A stretch of 63,428 nucleotides of DNA, filler included, from Nitrospinota bacterium (GTDB taxonomy: Bacteria > JAUXIQ01): the NCBI GenBank assembly GCA_030620925.1. It is 13 parts of 13 records of this genome, joined end to end, with 100 filler letters (N's around TTAATTAATTAA, not from the genome) between each part and the next. Parts side by side here need not be neighbours in the genome. Positions count along the whole stretch, not along the records: positions 34,562 to 38,472 come from JAUXIQ010000271.1; positions 38,573 to 41,842 come from JAUXIQ010000339.1; positions 41,943 to 47,921 come from JAUXIQ010000143.1; 10 more parts are not named here. One strand, written 5' to 3'. Shown piece after piece: positions 36,468 through 46,099 of the stretch. Made by a program: the position numbers and the translations under genes. The notes below the pieces were generated by a model. That model was not told where the DNA came from. It ran no database searches and saw only the letters and a list, made by a program, of their open reading frames with translations. Numbering within the stretch: the stretch's first letter is position 1; each line of letters opens with the position of its first letter.

Positions 36468-37856
36468 ATGACGCAGAACAGCAAACCATCAGGACCGGGT
36501 AAGCTCACTAAACGATTCGCTGAGACTTTTCCCCGCTCGGCCGAACTCTGGGAGAGGGCCAGGGCCGTCTTCCCCTCAGGCATCACTCATGATGCCAGGA
36601 TCATGCTCCCCTTCCCCATTTATATTGAAAAGGCCAAAGGAGCCCATAAATGGGACGGAGAGGGGCATCAATTTATCGACTACTGGGTGGGGCACGGCGG
36701 CCTCATCCTGGGCCACGGCCATCCCAAGGTCGAAGCGGCGGTGAATCATCAGTTGGGCAGGGGCACGCACTACGGCGCCTGCCACGAGCTGGAGATAGCC
36801 TGGGGCGAGATGGTGCTCGATCTGGTGCCCAGTGCGCAGAGAGTGAGGTTCACCAGCTCCGGCACTGAAGCCACCCTCATGGCCCTCCGGCTGGCGAGGT
36901 CGTTCACCGGCAGGGAAAAGATGATCAAGTTCGAGGGGCATTTCCACGGCTGGCACGATAACGTGCTCATGGGCGTGTTTCCTCCTTACGAAACGCCCAT
37001 ATCGCCCGGCCTACTGGAGGGCGTGGTGGATAGCTGTCTGCTCGCCCCGCCCAACGACATCGAGACGGTGGAAAGGTTATTGACGGAGAATAACGATATA
37101 GCCTGCGTCATCCTGGAGCCTTCCGGGGCGGCATACGGCACCATCCCCGGCAGGGAAGGGTTTCTTCAGGAGCTAAGGGAGCTTACGCTGAAGCACGGCG
37201 TGCTGCTGGTTTTCGACGAGGTGGTCACCGGCTTTCGCCTGGCCCGGGGCGGCGCACAGGAACTCTACGGCGTCATACCGGATATTACCAGCCTGGCCAA
37301 GATACTCGCCGGGGGGCTGCCGGGCGGGGCGGTCTGCGGCCGGCAGGACATAATGGAGCTCCTGGAGTTCAAGCTCGAATCCGATTGGAACCGGTTTAAA
37401 AAAATCTATCACCCCGGCACCTTTAACGCTAATCCGCTCTCAGCAAGCGCCGGGGTGGCGGCACTGACCGAGGTGAAGGAGGGAGACCACATAGAGAAGG
37501 CCGCCGAAACGGGGCATTCGCTCCGGCGGAAACTGAACGAGGTAATAGACGACCAGGGAGTGAGCTGGTGCGTCTACGGCCAATCCTCGATATTCCATGT
37601 ATTGATGAACCATCAATGTCCAAAGCGGGGGAAATGCGATTACTCCGACTGCGATTACGATTACAAAGCGCTCAAGAACAGCGCCGGGCTCGACCTTATT
37701 TTTGAGTTGCGCTGCGGCATGATGCTGGGCGGCGTGGACATGCCGGGGCCCGGAGGGTGGATTTCGTCCGCCCACGAGGACGCCGACATGGAGAAGACGG
37801 CCAGAGCCTTCGGGGAGACCCTCTCCGTGCTAAAGGAAGAAGGCAAGGCCGTCTGA
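36468..37856 (+). CDS. Class III aminotransferase, glutamate-1-semialdehyde aminomutase-like
   Basis: SGTEAT, FEGHFHGWHD, FDEVVTGFR, LAKILAGGLP, HPGTFNANP. Confidence 0.9.
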   Translation: MTQNSKPSGPGKLTKRFAETFPRSAELWERARAVFPSGITHDARIMLPFPIYIEKAKGAHKWDGEGHQFIDYWVGHGGLILGHGHPKVEAAVNHQLGRGTHYGACHELEIAWGEMVLDLVPSAQRVRFTSSGTEATLMALRLARSFTGREKMIKFEGHFHGWHDNVLMGVFPPYETPISPGLLEGVVDSCLLAPPNDIETVERLLTENNDIACVILEPSGAAYGTIPGREGFLQELRELTLKHGVLLVFDEVVTGFRLARGGAQELYGVIPDITSLAKILAGGLPGGAVCGRQDIMELLEFKLESDWNRFKKIYHPGTFNANPLSASAGVAALTEVKEGDHIEKAAETGHSLRRKLNEVIDDQGVSWCVYGQSSIFHVLMNHQCPKRGKCDYSDCDYDYKALKNSAGLDLIFELRCGMMLGGVDMPGPGGWISSAHEDADMEKTARAFGETLSVLKEEGKAV

Positions 37857-37909
37857 AGCATGCGCTTGATGTTTGACCCGTTAGGAGTGTTTGTGAGGAG
37901 GCAAAAAAT

Positions 37910-38472
37910 ATGAAGATGAACATAGGCCGGTTTCTCGCCAGGAGAGCGCACCTGAACCCCGATAAGCTGGGCGTGGTTTGCGATGATAAGAGACTGACCT
38001 TCCGAGAGCTTAACGATCGCGCCAACCGTGTTGCCAATGCCCTCGTAGGCATGGGTGTGCAGAAGGGTGAACGGGTGGGCGTGCTGATGATGAACTCAGT
38101 CGAGTATTACGAAACATATTTCGGCATAGCCAAAACCGGCGCGGTAATGGTTCCCCTCAACTGGCGGTTGGTGGCCTCTGAGCTGGAATATATCGTAAAA
38201 GACAGCGGAGCCTTGTACCTCGTCTACGGCTCGGAGTTCGCCGGAACGGTGGAGGAGATGACGCCCAATTTAGAGCTTAAAAGCTATGTTCATCAGGGAG
38301 TGAAAACGCCCACCGGACATCTCGACTATGAAGACTGGCTGGCTAAATCCTCTAAGGATGAGCCGGAGATCGAGGCCGAAGGGGACGACGTTCAGTTCAT
38401 CATGTACACCTCGGGCACTACCGGGCTCCCCAAAGGGGCGGTCATCTCACATCGAAACATGTTCATGGCCGC
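37910..38472 (+). CDS. Long-chain acyl-CoA synthetase, 3'-truncated
   Basis: PLNWRL, MYTSGTTGLPKG AMP-binding motif. Confidence 0.92.
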
Positions 38473-38572
38473 NNNNNNNNNNNNNNNNNNNNNNNNNNNN
38501 NNNNNNNNNNNNNNNNTTAATTAATTAANNNNNNNNNNNNNNNNNNNNNNNNNNNNNNNNNNNNNNNNNNNN
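38473..38572. other. Artificial contig linker
   Basis: N44-TTAATTAATTAA-N44. Confidence 0.99.
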
Positions 38573-39997
38573 CTGGCGGTGCCCCGCATCATGTCCAGCC
38601 TCAGCACCAGCCTGGAGACGGCCCAATGGGTGGTCATCTCCAATATGGTCACTTCCACAGTGCTCATACCCACCACCGCATGGTTGGGGGGACGCCTGGG
38701 CAGCCGTAAGCTCTATATAGGCGCGATGATCATTTTCCTTATATCCCAGGTATTGTGCGCAATAGCGTGGAACGTTGAATCCCTCATCGTGTTCCGAATT
38801 CTGGCCGGTATCGGCGGCGGGCCTCTCTTGCCCGTTGCCCTGGTGATACTGTATCAATCGTTTCCCCCTGAGCGTCAAGGCACCGCCGTTGGGCTCTCCG
38901 TCCTGGCCCCTTCATGGGGCGCTGCGCTCGGGTTTTCGTTCGGAGGATACCTTATAGATAGCTTTGGCTGGCGCTACGTGTTCTATTTCAATACCGGCTT
39001 CGCCTTCCTTGCGCTCATGATGGCTATATCCGTCTTGAAGGATGTTGGTCTTCGGCACAAGAGACCGCTCGACCTCTTCGGTCTGGTGACGATGGCCCTC
39101 TTTCTCCTCACTTTTCTCCTGGGAATCAGCCAGGGGCAGCGGGAGGGTTGGTTTCGCTCCAATTATATAACCGGCTTATTCGCCATAGCTTTAATCTCTT
39201 TCGTGCTCTTCCTCATAGTGGAGCTCAAGGGGAAAAACCCCTTCCTTGACTTGCGTCTGTTTAAAATAGGGGACTTCACCAAAGTTATGCTCACGTCCTT
39301 CGTAAACGACATGGACTCCATGGGTATCTTCTTTCTTTTCTCCCTCTACCTACAGACCTTCATGGATTTCACTCCCTTGAAGGCCGGCCTCATCATTTTC
39401 CCCACCGCCACGCTGCACGGCGCAACCGCCCTTTTCATGGGCAGATTGTCGGACAGGGTCAGCCTTAAGAAACTGATAATAGGAGGGGTGAGTTTGAGGA
39501 CGCTGGCTATCTACCGGTACACTTTTCTCACTTCTCTTAGCACCATACCCACTATCTTTTCCATCACCTTTATGCGCAGCTTCTGCGGAGGCTGGATTAT
39601 GCCCTGCAACACAAAGGCCGCTCTGCGCGCGCTGCCCCCGGAAAAACTGAGGGACGGCTCGGCTTTCATAAATCTGGTAAGGGGTATCGGGCAGGTAACC
39701 GGGATGACCATGCTCATAGCTATTTTCAGCAATCGCACCGATTACCACGTCGCCAAGATTTCAGGAACTCTGGAGGCTGCTTCCATCGGAGTGAAGCATA
39801 CTCTCTCGGAATTCTCCAACTATCTGCACCTCGCCGGTGTGCCCGACGGACTGGTTCGCATCAAATCGTTGTCTATGGTCTACAAAGTTGTATTGGAAGA
39901 GGCGGTGGTCGACGCCTATCATGATACGTTCCTGTTCATGGCATTTCTTTTGGTTATTTCCATCATCCCCGCCATATTAATCAAGAAGATCCGTTAA
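38573..39997 (+). CDS. DHA2 family MFS efflux permease (EmrB-like), 5'-truncated
   Basis: WLGGRLGSRK, LIVFRILAGIGGG, GWRYVF, PFLDLRLFK, many transmembrane segments. Confidence 0.9.
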   Translation: MAVPRIMSSLSTSLETAQWVVISNMVTSTVLIPTTAWLGGRLGSRKLYIGAMIIFLISQVLCAIAWNVESLIVFRILAGIGGGPLLPVALVILYQSFPPERQGTAVGLSVLAPSWGAALGFSFGGYLIDSFGWRYVFYFNTGFAFLALMMAISVLKDVGLRHKRPLDLFGLVTMALFLLTFLLGISQGQREGWFRSNYITGLFAIALISFVLFLIVELKGKNPFLDLRLFKIGDFTKVMLTSFVNDMDSMGIFFLFSLYLQTFMDFTPLKAGLIIFPTATLHGATALFMGRLSDRVSLKKLIIGGVSLRTLAIYRYTFLTSLSTIPTIFSITFMRSFCGGWIMPCNTKAALRALPPEKLRDGSAFINLVRGIGQVTGMTMLIAIFSNRTDYHVAKISGTLEAASIGVKHTLSEFSNYLHLAGVPDGLVRIKSLSMVYKVVLEEAVVDAYHDTFLFMAFLLVISIIPAILIKKIR

Positions 39998-40563
39998 TGG
40001 TGCCGAATGAAGACAAAATATTGAAGCTCATAGTCCGGCTCCGCAGCATGGGGGACGGGGGCGGGAAGAACAGCTTCCTGCGCAGGGAAGAGATAATGAA
40101 CCGGCTGGTAACTATGGGCCCCGAAGCCGTGCCCCATCTGATACCCATGCTCAAGGATGAAAATATCTCCGTGCGGGAACACGTCGCTCGCGCCCTCGGT
40201 TATATAGGTGACGCATCGGCGCTTCCAGCGCTTATAGACGCCGTGGAAGATGTTTATATACGCGGCGCATCCATTCGTGCCCTCGAAGGAATCGGTGAGG
40301 CGTCTATTCCCGTCCTTATCGAACTTGCCGCAAACACTGAAGAATCCATCAGCGGCCCCGCACTATCCGTTCTGTCCATGCTCGGTGAACGGTCGCTACC
40401 CGCGCTGAAAGATATACTCATGGACGGCGAAGCTGACCCTAGTAAAAGGGAGGTCGCCGGCCGGGCCATGTCAGTAATACGCATGGATAGGAGATGTCCT
40501 TTCGGGGGCAGCCGCACCATGGGTAAGGACTGCAAATACTGCGACCGAAAACATAAAGAATGA
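39997..40563 (+). CDS. HEAT/PBS-lyase repeat protein with Cys-rich C-terminus
   Basis: AVPHLIPMLKDE...VREHVARALG.IGD..ALPALI repeats. C-terminal CPFG-x8-CKYC. TAATG overlap with the MFS gene. Confidence 0.78.
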   Translation: MVPNEDKILKLIVRLRSMGDGGGKNSFLRREEIMNRLVTMGPEAVPHLIPMLKDENISVREHVARALGYIGDASALPALIDAVEDVYIRGASIRALEGIGEASIPVLIELAANTEESISGPALSVLSMLGERSLPALKDILMDGEADPSKREVAGRAMSVIRMDRRCPFGGSRTMGKDCKYCDRKHKE

Positions 40564-40564
40564 G

Positions 40565-40686
40565 GGAACCTTTTTTGGAAAAAGGGTTTCCCAAAATCAT
40601 TCTTCCAAAGACTTTTATGTATGCTCTAGTAAAAAAAGTTTTTGGGGGGAGTTTGAGGGGGTATTTTTACAAAAATACCCCCTCAA
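40565..40686. repeat. A/T-tract hairpin pair between convergent genes (second repeat family or terminator)
   Basis: GGGAACCTTTTTTGGAAAAGGGTTTCCC and TTGAGGGGGTATTTTTACAAAAATACCCCCTCAA. Confidence 0.55.
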
Positions 40687-40689
40687 TTC

Positions 40690-41841
40690 TTATTTGAACA
40701 ATTTTTTCAAGCTTTCTACGTCGGTTTTCACTGGGGTGGTAAGGCCCAGTTTTTTTCGCTGCGATTCGTTGGGCCGCACCAGCACGCCGGTCTTCTTGAA
40801 AGAGTCTATACCTTTTTTGATGGCGTCCGGGTGGAGACCTTTATCTATGGAGAGGTTTTTGAGTTTACCGAAAGTCTCCCACAGTGAAGACCTCTGGGGA
40901 CACATTTCGTAGCAGGCGTTGCACTCGAGACATTTCCAGAACTTGCCCTCTTCGATAACCTCATCAAGCCGTCCCTCCAGTAATTTACCTATTATCTCGT
41001 AGGGGACGTAATCCGGGTCGCTCTTTGCCACGGGGCATACGTCGAAACTGCACGCCCGGCACTCGTTGCAGCGCTCCAGCACCTCCAGGTCGAAATGTTC
41101 CTCGATGATTGCGAACCTCTGAATCGCCCGATCCCATTTTTCGAAGAAAGAGGAGGTATCGGATCGGTGCATGGTGACACCCAACTCCTCCGCTGAGAAA
41201 CCCAGGGCCAGCCCGATAAGCTCCGAGAGATAGATGATGGGCACCGCCACGTCGATGCCTTGACGCTGGGCGATGTTCTGTCCGTAGTCGAACTGGATGA
41301 AGCAGGCCGGACAGCAGACCACCAGGGCGTCGGCTCCCAGGTCCTGCACCTCCTTGAGCTTTTTCCACATCATCTCCATGGAAATTTCTTCTTCGTCTAC
41401 AGCGCCCAGGGCCTGGCCGCAGCAATCCATCTTGGAGGGGTACTGAAGGCTTTTTGCTTTCAGGGCTTCCACTAATTTGTCCATCTTAACGGGCAGGATG
41501 GGGTTATCGAAATGGACACCGCTGCTGGGCCGCATCATGTGGCAGCCGTAATGCAGGGCGAGAGTGAGTCCCCGTAACGATTTCGTTGATTTTTCGGAGA
41601 TGGTCCTGGGGCTGACCTCGTCGTGCAACACTTCCAGGAATTGTTTAACTTTCGCCGCACCATTGTATTCCAGGCCAAGCGTTTCCAGCTTGGTTACGGT
41701 CTGTTCCCGCTCCCGGGGGTTCTGGTTGAGCTGTGCGGCGGCGTTATTGAGGGAGGAGTTGCACCCCGTGCAGGGGGTGATGATGTCCAGCCCCTCTTTT
41801 TCTGCTATGCTCATGTTTCGGGCCGCGGTTAGGAGCCACAG
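40690..41841 (-). CDS. hdrB: Heterodisulfide reductase subunit B-like protein with a fused C-terminal HdrC-like 2x[4Fe-4S] domain, 5'-truncated
   Basis: AARN, TPCTGC, HYGCH..RP, DCCG, CPACFIQFD, ELIGLALG (HdrB), then CNECRACSFDVCP and WKCLECNACYEMCP (HdrC-like). Confidence 0.88.
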   Translation of the reverse strand: MWLLTAARNMSIAEKEGLDIITPCTGCNSSLNNAAAQLNQNPREREQTVTKLETLGLEYNGAAKVKQFLEVLHDEVSPRTISEKSTKSLRGLTLALHYGCHMMRPSSGVHFDNPILPVKMDKLVEALKAKSLQYPSKMDCCGQALGAVDEEEISMEMMWKKLKEVQDLGADALVVCCPACFIQFDYGQNIAQRQGIDVAVPIIYLSELIGLALGFSAEELGVTMHRSDTSSFFEKWDRAIQRFAIIEEHFDLEVLERCNECRACSFDVCPVAKSDPDYVPYEIIGKLLEGRLDEVIEEGKFWKCLECNACYEMCPQRSSLWETFGKLKNLSIDKGLHPDAIKKGIDSFKKTGVLVRPNESQRKKLGLTTPVKTDVESLKKLFK

Positions 41842-41842
41842 C

Positions 41843-41942
41843 NNNNNNNNNNNNNNNNNNNNNNNNNNNNNNNNNNNNNNNNNNNNTTAATTAATTAANN
41901 NNNNNNNNNNNNNNNNNNNNNNNNNNNNNNNNNNNNNNNNNN
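41843..41942. other. Artificial contig linker
   Basis: N44-TTAATTAATTAA-N44. Confidence 0.99.
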
Positions 41943-41944
41943 TA

Positions 41945-43096
41945 GCTATTCTGGTGGAAACCTTCCCGCACGATGAGAGGGGGACGGGACTGGGCGTTTT
42001 CAGCGTGGGCGCCACGCTCATCCCTTACGCCCTCGGGCCAAGCATCGGCGGGTACCTGCTTGAGCACCTTAACTGGCGCATCATGTTCTTCGTCAACCTG
42101 CCCATAGGGGTTGCCGGTTTATTGCTGGTCAGCTTTATAATGCGGGATATCAGGTCAGGCGTAAAGATGTCCTTCGATTTCCTCGGTTTCGCTACCCTGA
42201 CACTCTCACTGCTCTCCCTGCTGCTCGCACTGAGCCAGGTAAACAAGGAAGGGTGGGATTCGAACTACATAATCTCGTTGGTCTTTATCTGTATTGTCGC
42301 TTTTGTCGCCTTCGTCATCATAGAGTTGAAGACCAAGAAGCCCTTCATGGACCTGCAGCTTTTCAAGCACTATAACTTCAGCCTCAGCATGCTCACCATG
42401 ATTCTATACGGCGTTACCTTCTACGCTGCTGCGTTCCTGCTCCCGATACTGCTGGTTAACATCATGGACTATACGGTGTTCCAGCTGGGCCTCATGATGG
42501 TTCCGGGCTCCATAATCTCTTCAATTCTTTTACTGACATCCGGCTGGATAGCCGATCGGTGGGATTCCAGGGTTTTGATTGGATTGGGCCTGGTGATGGG
42601 CTTTCTGGGCATGCTTATGTACTCCTCGGTTAATTTTCAGACTTCCGCCGGCACCATAGTGTTCATGCAGATGCTCAGGGGAGCGGGGGCTGGATTGCTG
42701 TTCATACCTCTGACCAAAGTGGCCATGAGAGGCATACCCCAGGGTAAAGTGGGCATGGCATCCGGCTATCTGATGCTGTTGCTGGTCATAGGCGGTTCCT
42801 TCGGCATCGCCATGTTCAACACTTTCCTCCAAACGCGGATAGCTTTTCACGGCTCAATGGGCAGCGACATGGTGAACCTCTCTTCGACGGGGTTTTATCT
42901 CTCGTTCGCCAGGGTGAAGGGATTCCTGTTGCACAGCGGTTTCTTTTCTGATGTACAGGCCTCGGCCTATTCGCTGTCGATGATAAAAGGGATGGTCGCC
43001 CAGGCGACCCTGGTCAGGGCATACAACGATGTGTTCCTGCTCATCGCACTGTTCGCCTTGCTGGTGTTGGTCCCTGTGATCATAATGAAGAAATAA
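41945..43096 (+). CDS. DHA2 family MFS efflux permease, 5'-truncated
   Basis: ALGPSIGGYL, WRIMFFVNLPIG, PFMDLQLFK, GGSFGIA. Confidence 0.9.
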   Translation, partial: AILVETFPHDERGTGLGVFSVGATLIPYALGPSIGGYLLEHLNWRIMFFVNLPIGVAGLLLVSFIMRDIRSGVKMSFDFLGFATLTLSLLSLLLALSQVNKEGWDSNYIISLVFICIVAFVAFVIIELKTKKPFMDLQLFKHYNFSLSMLTMILYGVTFYAAAFLLPILLVNIMDYTVFQLGLMMVPGSIISSILLLTSGWIADRWDSRVLIGLGLVMGFLGMLMYSSVNFQTSAGTIVFMQMLRGAGAGLLFIPLTKVAMRGIPQGKVGMASGYLMLLLVIGGSFGIAMFNTFLQTRIAFHGSMGSDMVNLSSTGFYLSFARVKGFLLHSGFFSDVQASAYSLSMIKGMVAQATLVRAYNDVFLLIALFALLVLVPVIIMKK

Positions 43097-43119
43097 GGAG
43101 CTTTCAAGGGGAGTGAAAA

Positions 43120-43587
43120 TTGGGATCGGGCTCGAAAGTTATACAGTTATTGGATTCGATGGAGCTGAAATACAGGCTGCTTCCACACGCAAAGCCCGCT
43201 TATACCTGCGAGGCGGCGGCGGAGGAGAGAAATGTCCCTCTGGATGAAATGATAAAATGTATCCTCTTGGTGGATAGAAAGAAAAATTACTATCTGGTGT
43301 GCATGACGGCGGATGAAATGTTGGATACGGCCAAAGTACGAAGCTTGATGGATTCATCGAGATTAAGTTTTGCATCGGAGCGGGAAATAGAGGAAATATC
43401 GGGTTACGAGATGGGGGCTTTGCCGCCGCTGCTGTTGAAAGAAGATATTCCGGTTATTTTTGATGGCGGGATTATGAGAAAAGAGAAGGTTAATATCAGC
43501 TCTGGAGACCCCCGAATGGGCCTGGAGCTAAACTCTGAGGCGCTAATTTCTATAATAAAACCGAAATTCGGGGATGTGACGAAATAG
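43120..43587 (+). CDS. YbaK/EbsC (aminoacyl-tRNA deacylase-like) family protein
   Basis: MIKCILL, RLSFASERE...GYEMGALPP, ISSG. The TTG start is uncertain. Confidence 0.85.
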   Translation: MGSGSKVIQLLDSMELKYRLLPHAKPAYTCEAAAEERNVPLDEMIKCILLVDRKKNYYLVCMTADEMLDTAKVRSLMDSSRLSFASEREIEEISGYEMGALPPLLLKEDIPVIFDGGIMRKEKVNISSGDPRMGLELNSEALISIIKPKFGDVTK

Positions 43588-43643
43588 AAGGGGAGGGCGA
43601 TAACAGAATCCGAAAAGATTGGAACGGATACTGGTCGTTGATT

Positions 43644-44483
43644 TTATGGGCTTCGCCAGAATAGAAAATTGTGCTGCCGATACATGAAAAGGTCGACCCC
43701 CAGGTAGGTTACCATCACCGCCAGGAACCCTATCACCGCCACCAGGGCGGCCTTTCGACCCCGCCACCCCCTGTGGTAGCGAGTATGGATGTAGGCGGCG
43801 AAAATGAGCCAGGTTATGAGCGACCAGGTCTCCTTCGGGTCCCACGACCAGAACCGGCCCCATACGTATTCCGCCCAGATGCCGCCGCTGATTATCCCCA
43901 CCGTTAGAAAGCAAAATCCGACTATTGCGGCCCTGCGCGCCACGTCGTCGAGCAGCTTTTCGCCTGCCTGGCTTTCAGCGGCGGGAGCCTCGTCGCTTCC
44001 CTTTCTGATCAGGTAAAGAAGGGAGGCCCCGAAAGTGGCTGCAAACGCCGAGTAGGCGACGAGAGCGGTAAGAATATGGATTTTGAGCCAGAAACCCCTG
44101 AATATGGGAATAACCGGCTCTACCGCCCTGGAGAGAGTCCAGGCATAGACGAGAATGGCCAGGGCTACGGGAAGAAGGGCAACGCCCAGGTCTTTGCGCC
44201 GGGAGAGCCGCTCGAAAATTATATGGGCCAGGACGACTCCGGCTGAAAAGAGGGACAGGAATTCGAAAGCGTTGAAAATGGGGAGGTGCCCCGCCCTGTA
44301 TCCCCTCACGCTTAAAGAGACGACGTGAAACGCCCAGGCAATTAAAGTGATAACCGGAGCGGCGCTCCGGTTCGCTTCTCCGTCTGACCGCAGCGAAAAC
44401 AGGTAGATTAACCAGGCGGCCACATACCCCCCCGTGGCTACGCCCATGGTAAGTAATTCAATCTTTGCCGCTGTGATGGGCAT
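43644..44483 (-). CDS. resC: System II cytochrome c synthase subunit ResC (CcsA/CcsB)
   Basis: GHLP, WLKIH, GGIWAEYVWGRFWSWDPKETW (WWD domain), YIH, TYLGV. Confidence 0.93.
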   Translation of the reverse strand: MPITAAKIELLTMGVATGGYVAAWLIYLFSLRSDGEANRSAAPVITLIAWAFHVVSLSVRGYRAGHLPIFNAFEFLSLFSAGVVLAHIIFERLSRRKDLGVALLPVALAILVYAWTLSRAVEPVIPIFRGFWLKIHILTALVAYSAFAATFGASLLYLIRKGSDEAPAAESQAGEKLLDDVARRAAIVGFCFLTVGIISGGIWAEYVWGRFWSWDPKETWSLITWLIFAAYIHTRYHRGWRGRKAALVAVIGFLAVMVTYLGVDLFMYRQHNFLFWRSP

Positions 44484-44496
44484 CTACGATTTACTC

Positions 44497-45570
44497 CTAT
44501 TGAAGGCCGGTCGAATTCCCTGAGCTTTGAGAGGTGCGCCGGTAGAAGGTGAAAACCAGTCCGGCCAGCAGGGCTATGAAACCCGTGATGAAAAAGGGTT
44601 TTTCGGGCCTTACGTATACGTGAATCCCTGTATAGGGGCGGATGGACTCGATGGCCATGGTAAACGCGCCTACTTGCAGGGGTTCCTTATCCGTGGCGAA
44701 ACCCATGGAATCAACGGTGCCGTCACTTTGTAGTTTGAATATTTCCGTTGTAGCGCGGGGGGAGTTTCCCTCGTTTTCCCGTGCAGAACCCCAATCGTAA
44801 TTTAAGCTGTGGGCCATATATCTCTGCTGGCCGCCGTAAAAGCTGATCAACGGCGGCGCCCAGGGCCAGATGGGGACAACCTTCTCCCGGCCATTGAGGT
44901 CCGTTATCACAAGATCGAAGACCCAACCGATGTCTTTGTGCGCCGGTAGAAGAGTAACACCTTTAGCGATTATGGGTTGGCCGGGCGCGATTGCAGCTTT
45001 CATAAAAGGATTGCCGTGGTGGAAAAGGGTTATCATGCTTTCCTGCTTTTCGGGGAATCGGGCGTCGGGTCCCCAGTGTTTGAAGGTCTCCTCCGGGTAA
45101 TATTTCAGCTTAAACTCATCGAGCTTTATGACGAAGGGGAGGGGGGGCAAGACGGTTACATCACCCTCTACGAGACGGGTATAATACCGAAAACCTGAGA
45201 ACCCGCTGTAGACCATTCCTCCCAGGATAGTGAGTATCCCCAGGTGGGCAAGGAGGATGCCCAGGGCTGCTCCTCTGCCTCGCTGCTGATAGACCCTGGG
45301 AAAGCGCTTAATGGCGACGGTGAGCAAACTGAAGCCCAGGAGCCCTAAAAGTATAATGTACCACCAGGAATGGAATATATCGTTGAGCTGAAGATAACGG
45401 TTGAGGCTTGCTATCCATTCGGGTATGTCTGAAGCCAGCTTGACGTTGCGTCCCTGGGGAATGAGGCTTCCTATAATGGAGGCCGCGGCTATGGCTATCA
45501 GCAAAGGTATGGCGAACTTGACCGAGGCGATGAAACTGATTAAATTTTTTGATACGTTTCGCCAGGCCAT
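44497..45570 (-). CDS. resB: System II cytochrome c biogenesis protein ResB
   Basis: SVKFAIPLL...IGSLIPQ, DIFHSWWY, LAHLG, C-terminal transmembrane segment. Adjacent to resC. Confidence 0.87.
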   Translation of the reverse strand: MAWRNVSKNLISFIASVKFAIPLLIAIAAASIIGSLIPQGRNVKLASDIPEWIASLNRYLQLNDIFHSWWYIILLGLLGFSLLTVAIKRFPRVYQQRGRGAALGILLAHLGILTILGGMVYSGFSGFRYYTRLVEGDVTVLPPLPFVIKLDEFKLKYYPEETFKHWGPDARFPEKQESMITLFHHGNPFMKAAIAPGQPIIAKGVTLLPAHKDIGWVFDLVITDLNGREKVVPIWPWAPPLISFYGGQQRYMAHSLNYDWGSARENEGNSPRATTEIFKLQSDGTVDSMGFATDKEPLQVGAFTMAIESIRPYTGIHVYVRPEKPFFITGFIALLAGLVFTFYRRTSQSSGNSTGLQ

Positions 45571-45573
45571 TTT

Positions 45574-46065
45574 TTACTTTTCTCCTGAAGCTGCTTTCTG
45601 CGCCGAGCGCCGCTGCAGCTTGGCCATAGTTTCCATAAAATCCTTGGCCTGGCGGTTGGTTGGAGCAATGCTCAATGCGGCGGTGAAATAGCCCTTGGCC
45701 ATATCCAGTCTTTCCAACTTGAAATATACCACACCGAAGGCGTTCAATATTTTGATTTCTCCGGGATTAAGGGTGAGAGCCCGCTCCAGGTAGAGGACGG
45801 CAAAGCCGTATCTTTTCGTCTGGACCATGACCGAGGCCATGTAAAAAGGTGCATTCCATTCCCTGGGGTTGGTCCTCAGGGCTTTACGGAGCTCGAGTTC
45901 GGCGTGAAGATAGTCTTTCTTGTTATAAAGGTCGATGCCTTTTTGGAGATGGACTTGCGCCTGTCGCAGAGTTTGATTATGGGGACGGACGTAGAGGGTG
46001 AAAATTAAAATAGCCGCGACAACCACTGCCACGGCCACAAGACCGATTACTTTTCTTAAATTCAT
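45574..46065 (-). CDS. Membrane-anchored TPR protein
   Basis: N-terminal transmembrane segment and three TPR-like units (ALRTNP, ALTLNP, ALSIAP). Confidence 0.85.
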   Translation of the reverse strand: MNLRKVIGLVAVAVVVAAILIFTLYVRPHNQTLRQAQVHLQKGIDLYNKKDYLHAELELRKALRTNPREWNAPFYMASVMVQTKRYGFAVLYLERALTLNPGEIKILNAFGVVYFKLERLDMAKGYFTAALSIAPTNRQAKDFMETMAKLQRRSAQKAASGEK

Positions 46066-46099
46066 CGCCTGCCCTATAAGGCGTTACTCGACATTTCTT

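Noticed and set aside
36468-37856. Calling the aminotransferase hemL
   Set aside because: It is family-level similar only (GITHD instead of GVNSP, HPGTF instead of QAGT) and sits among transport and catabolic genes.
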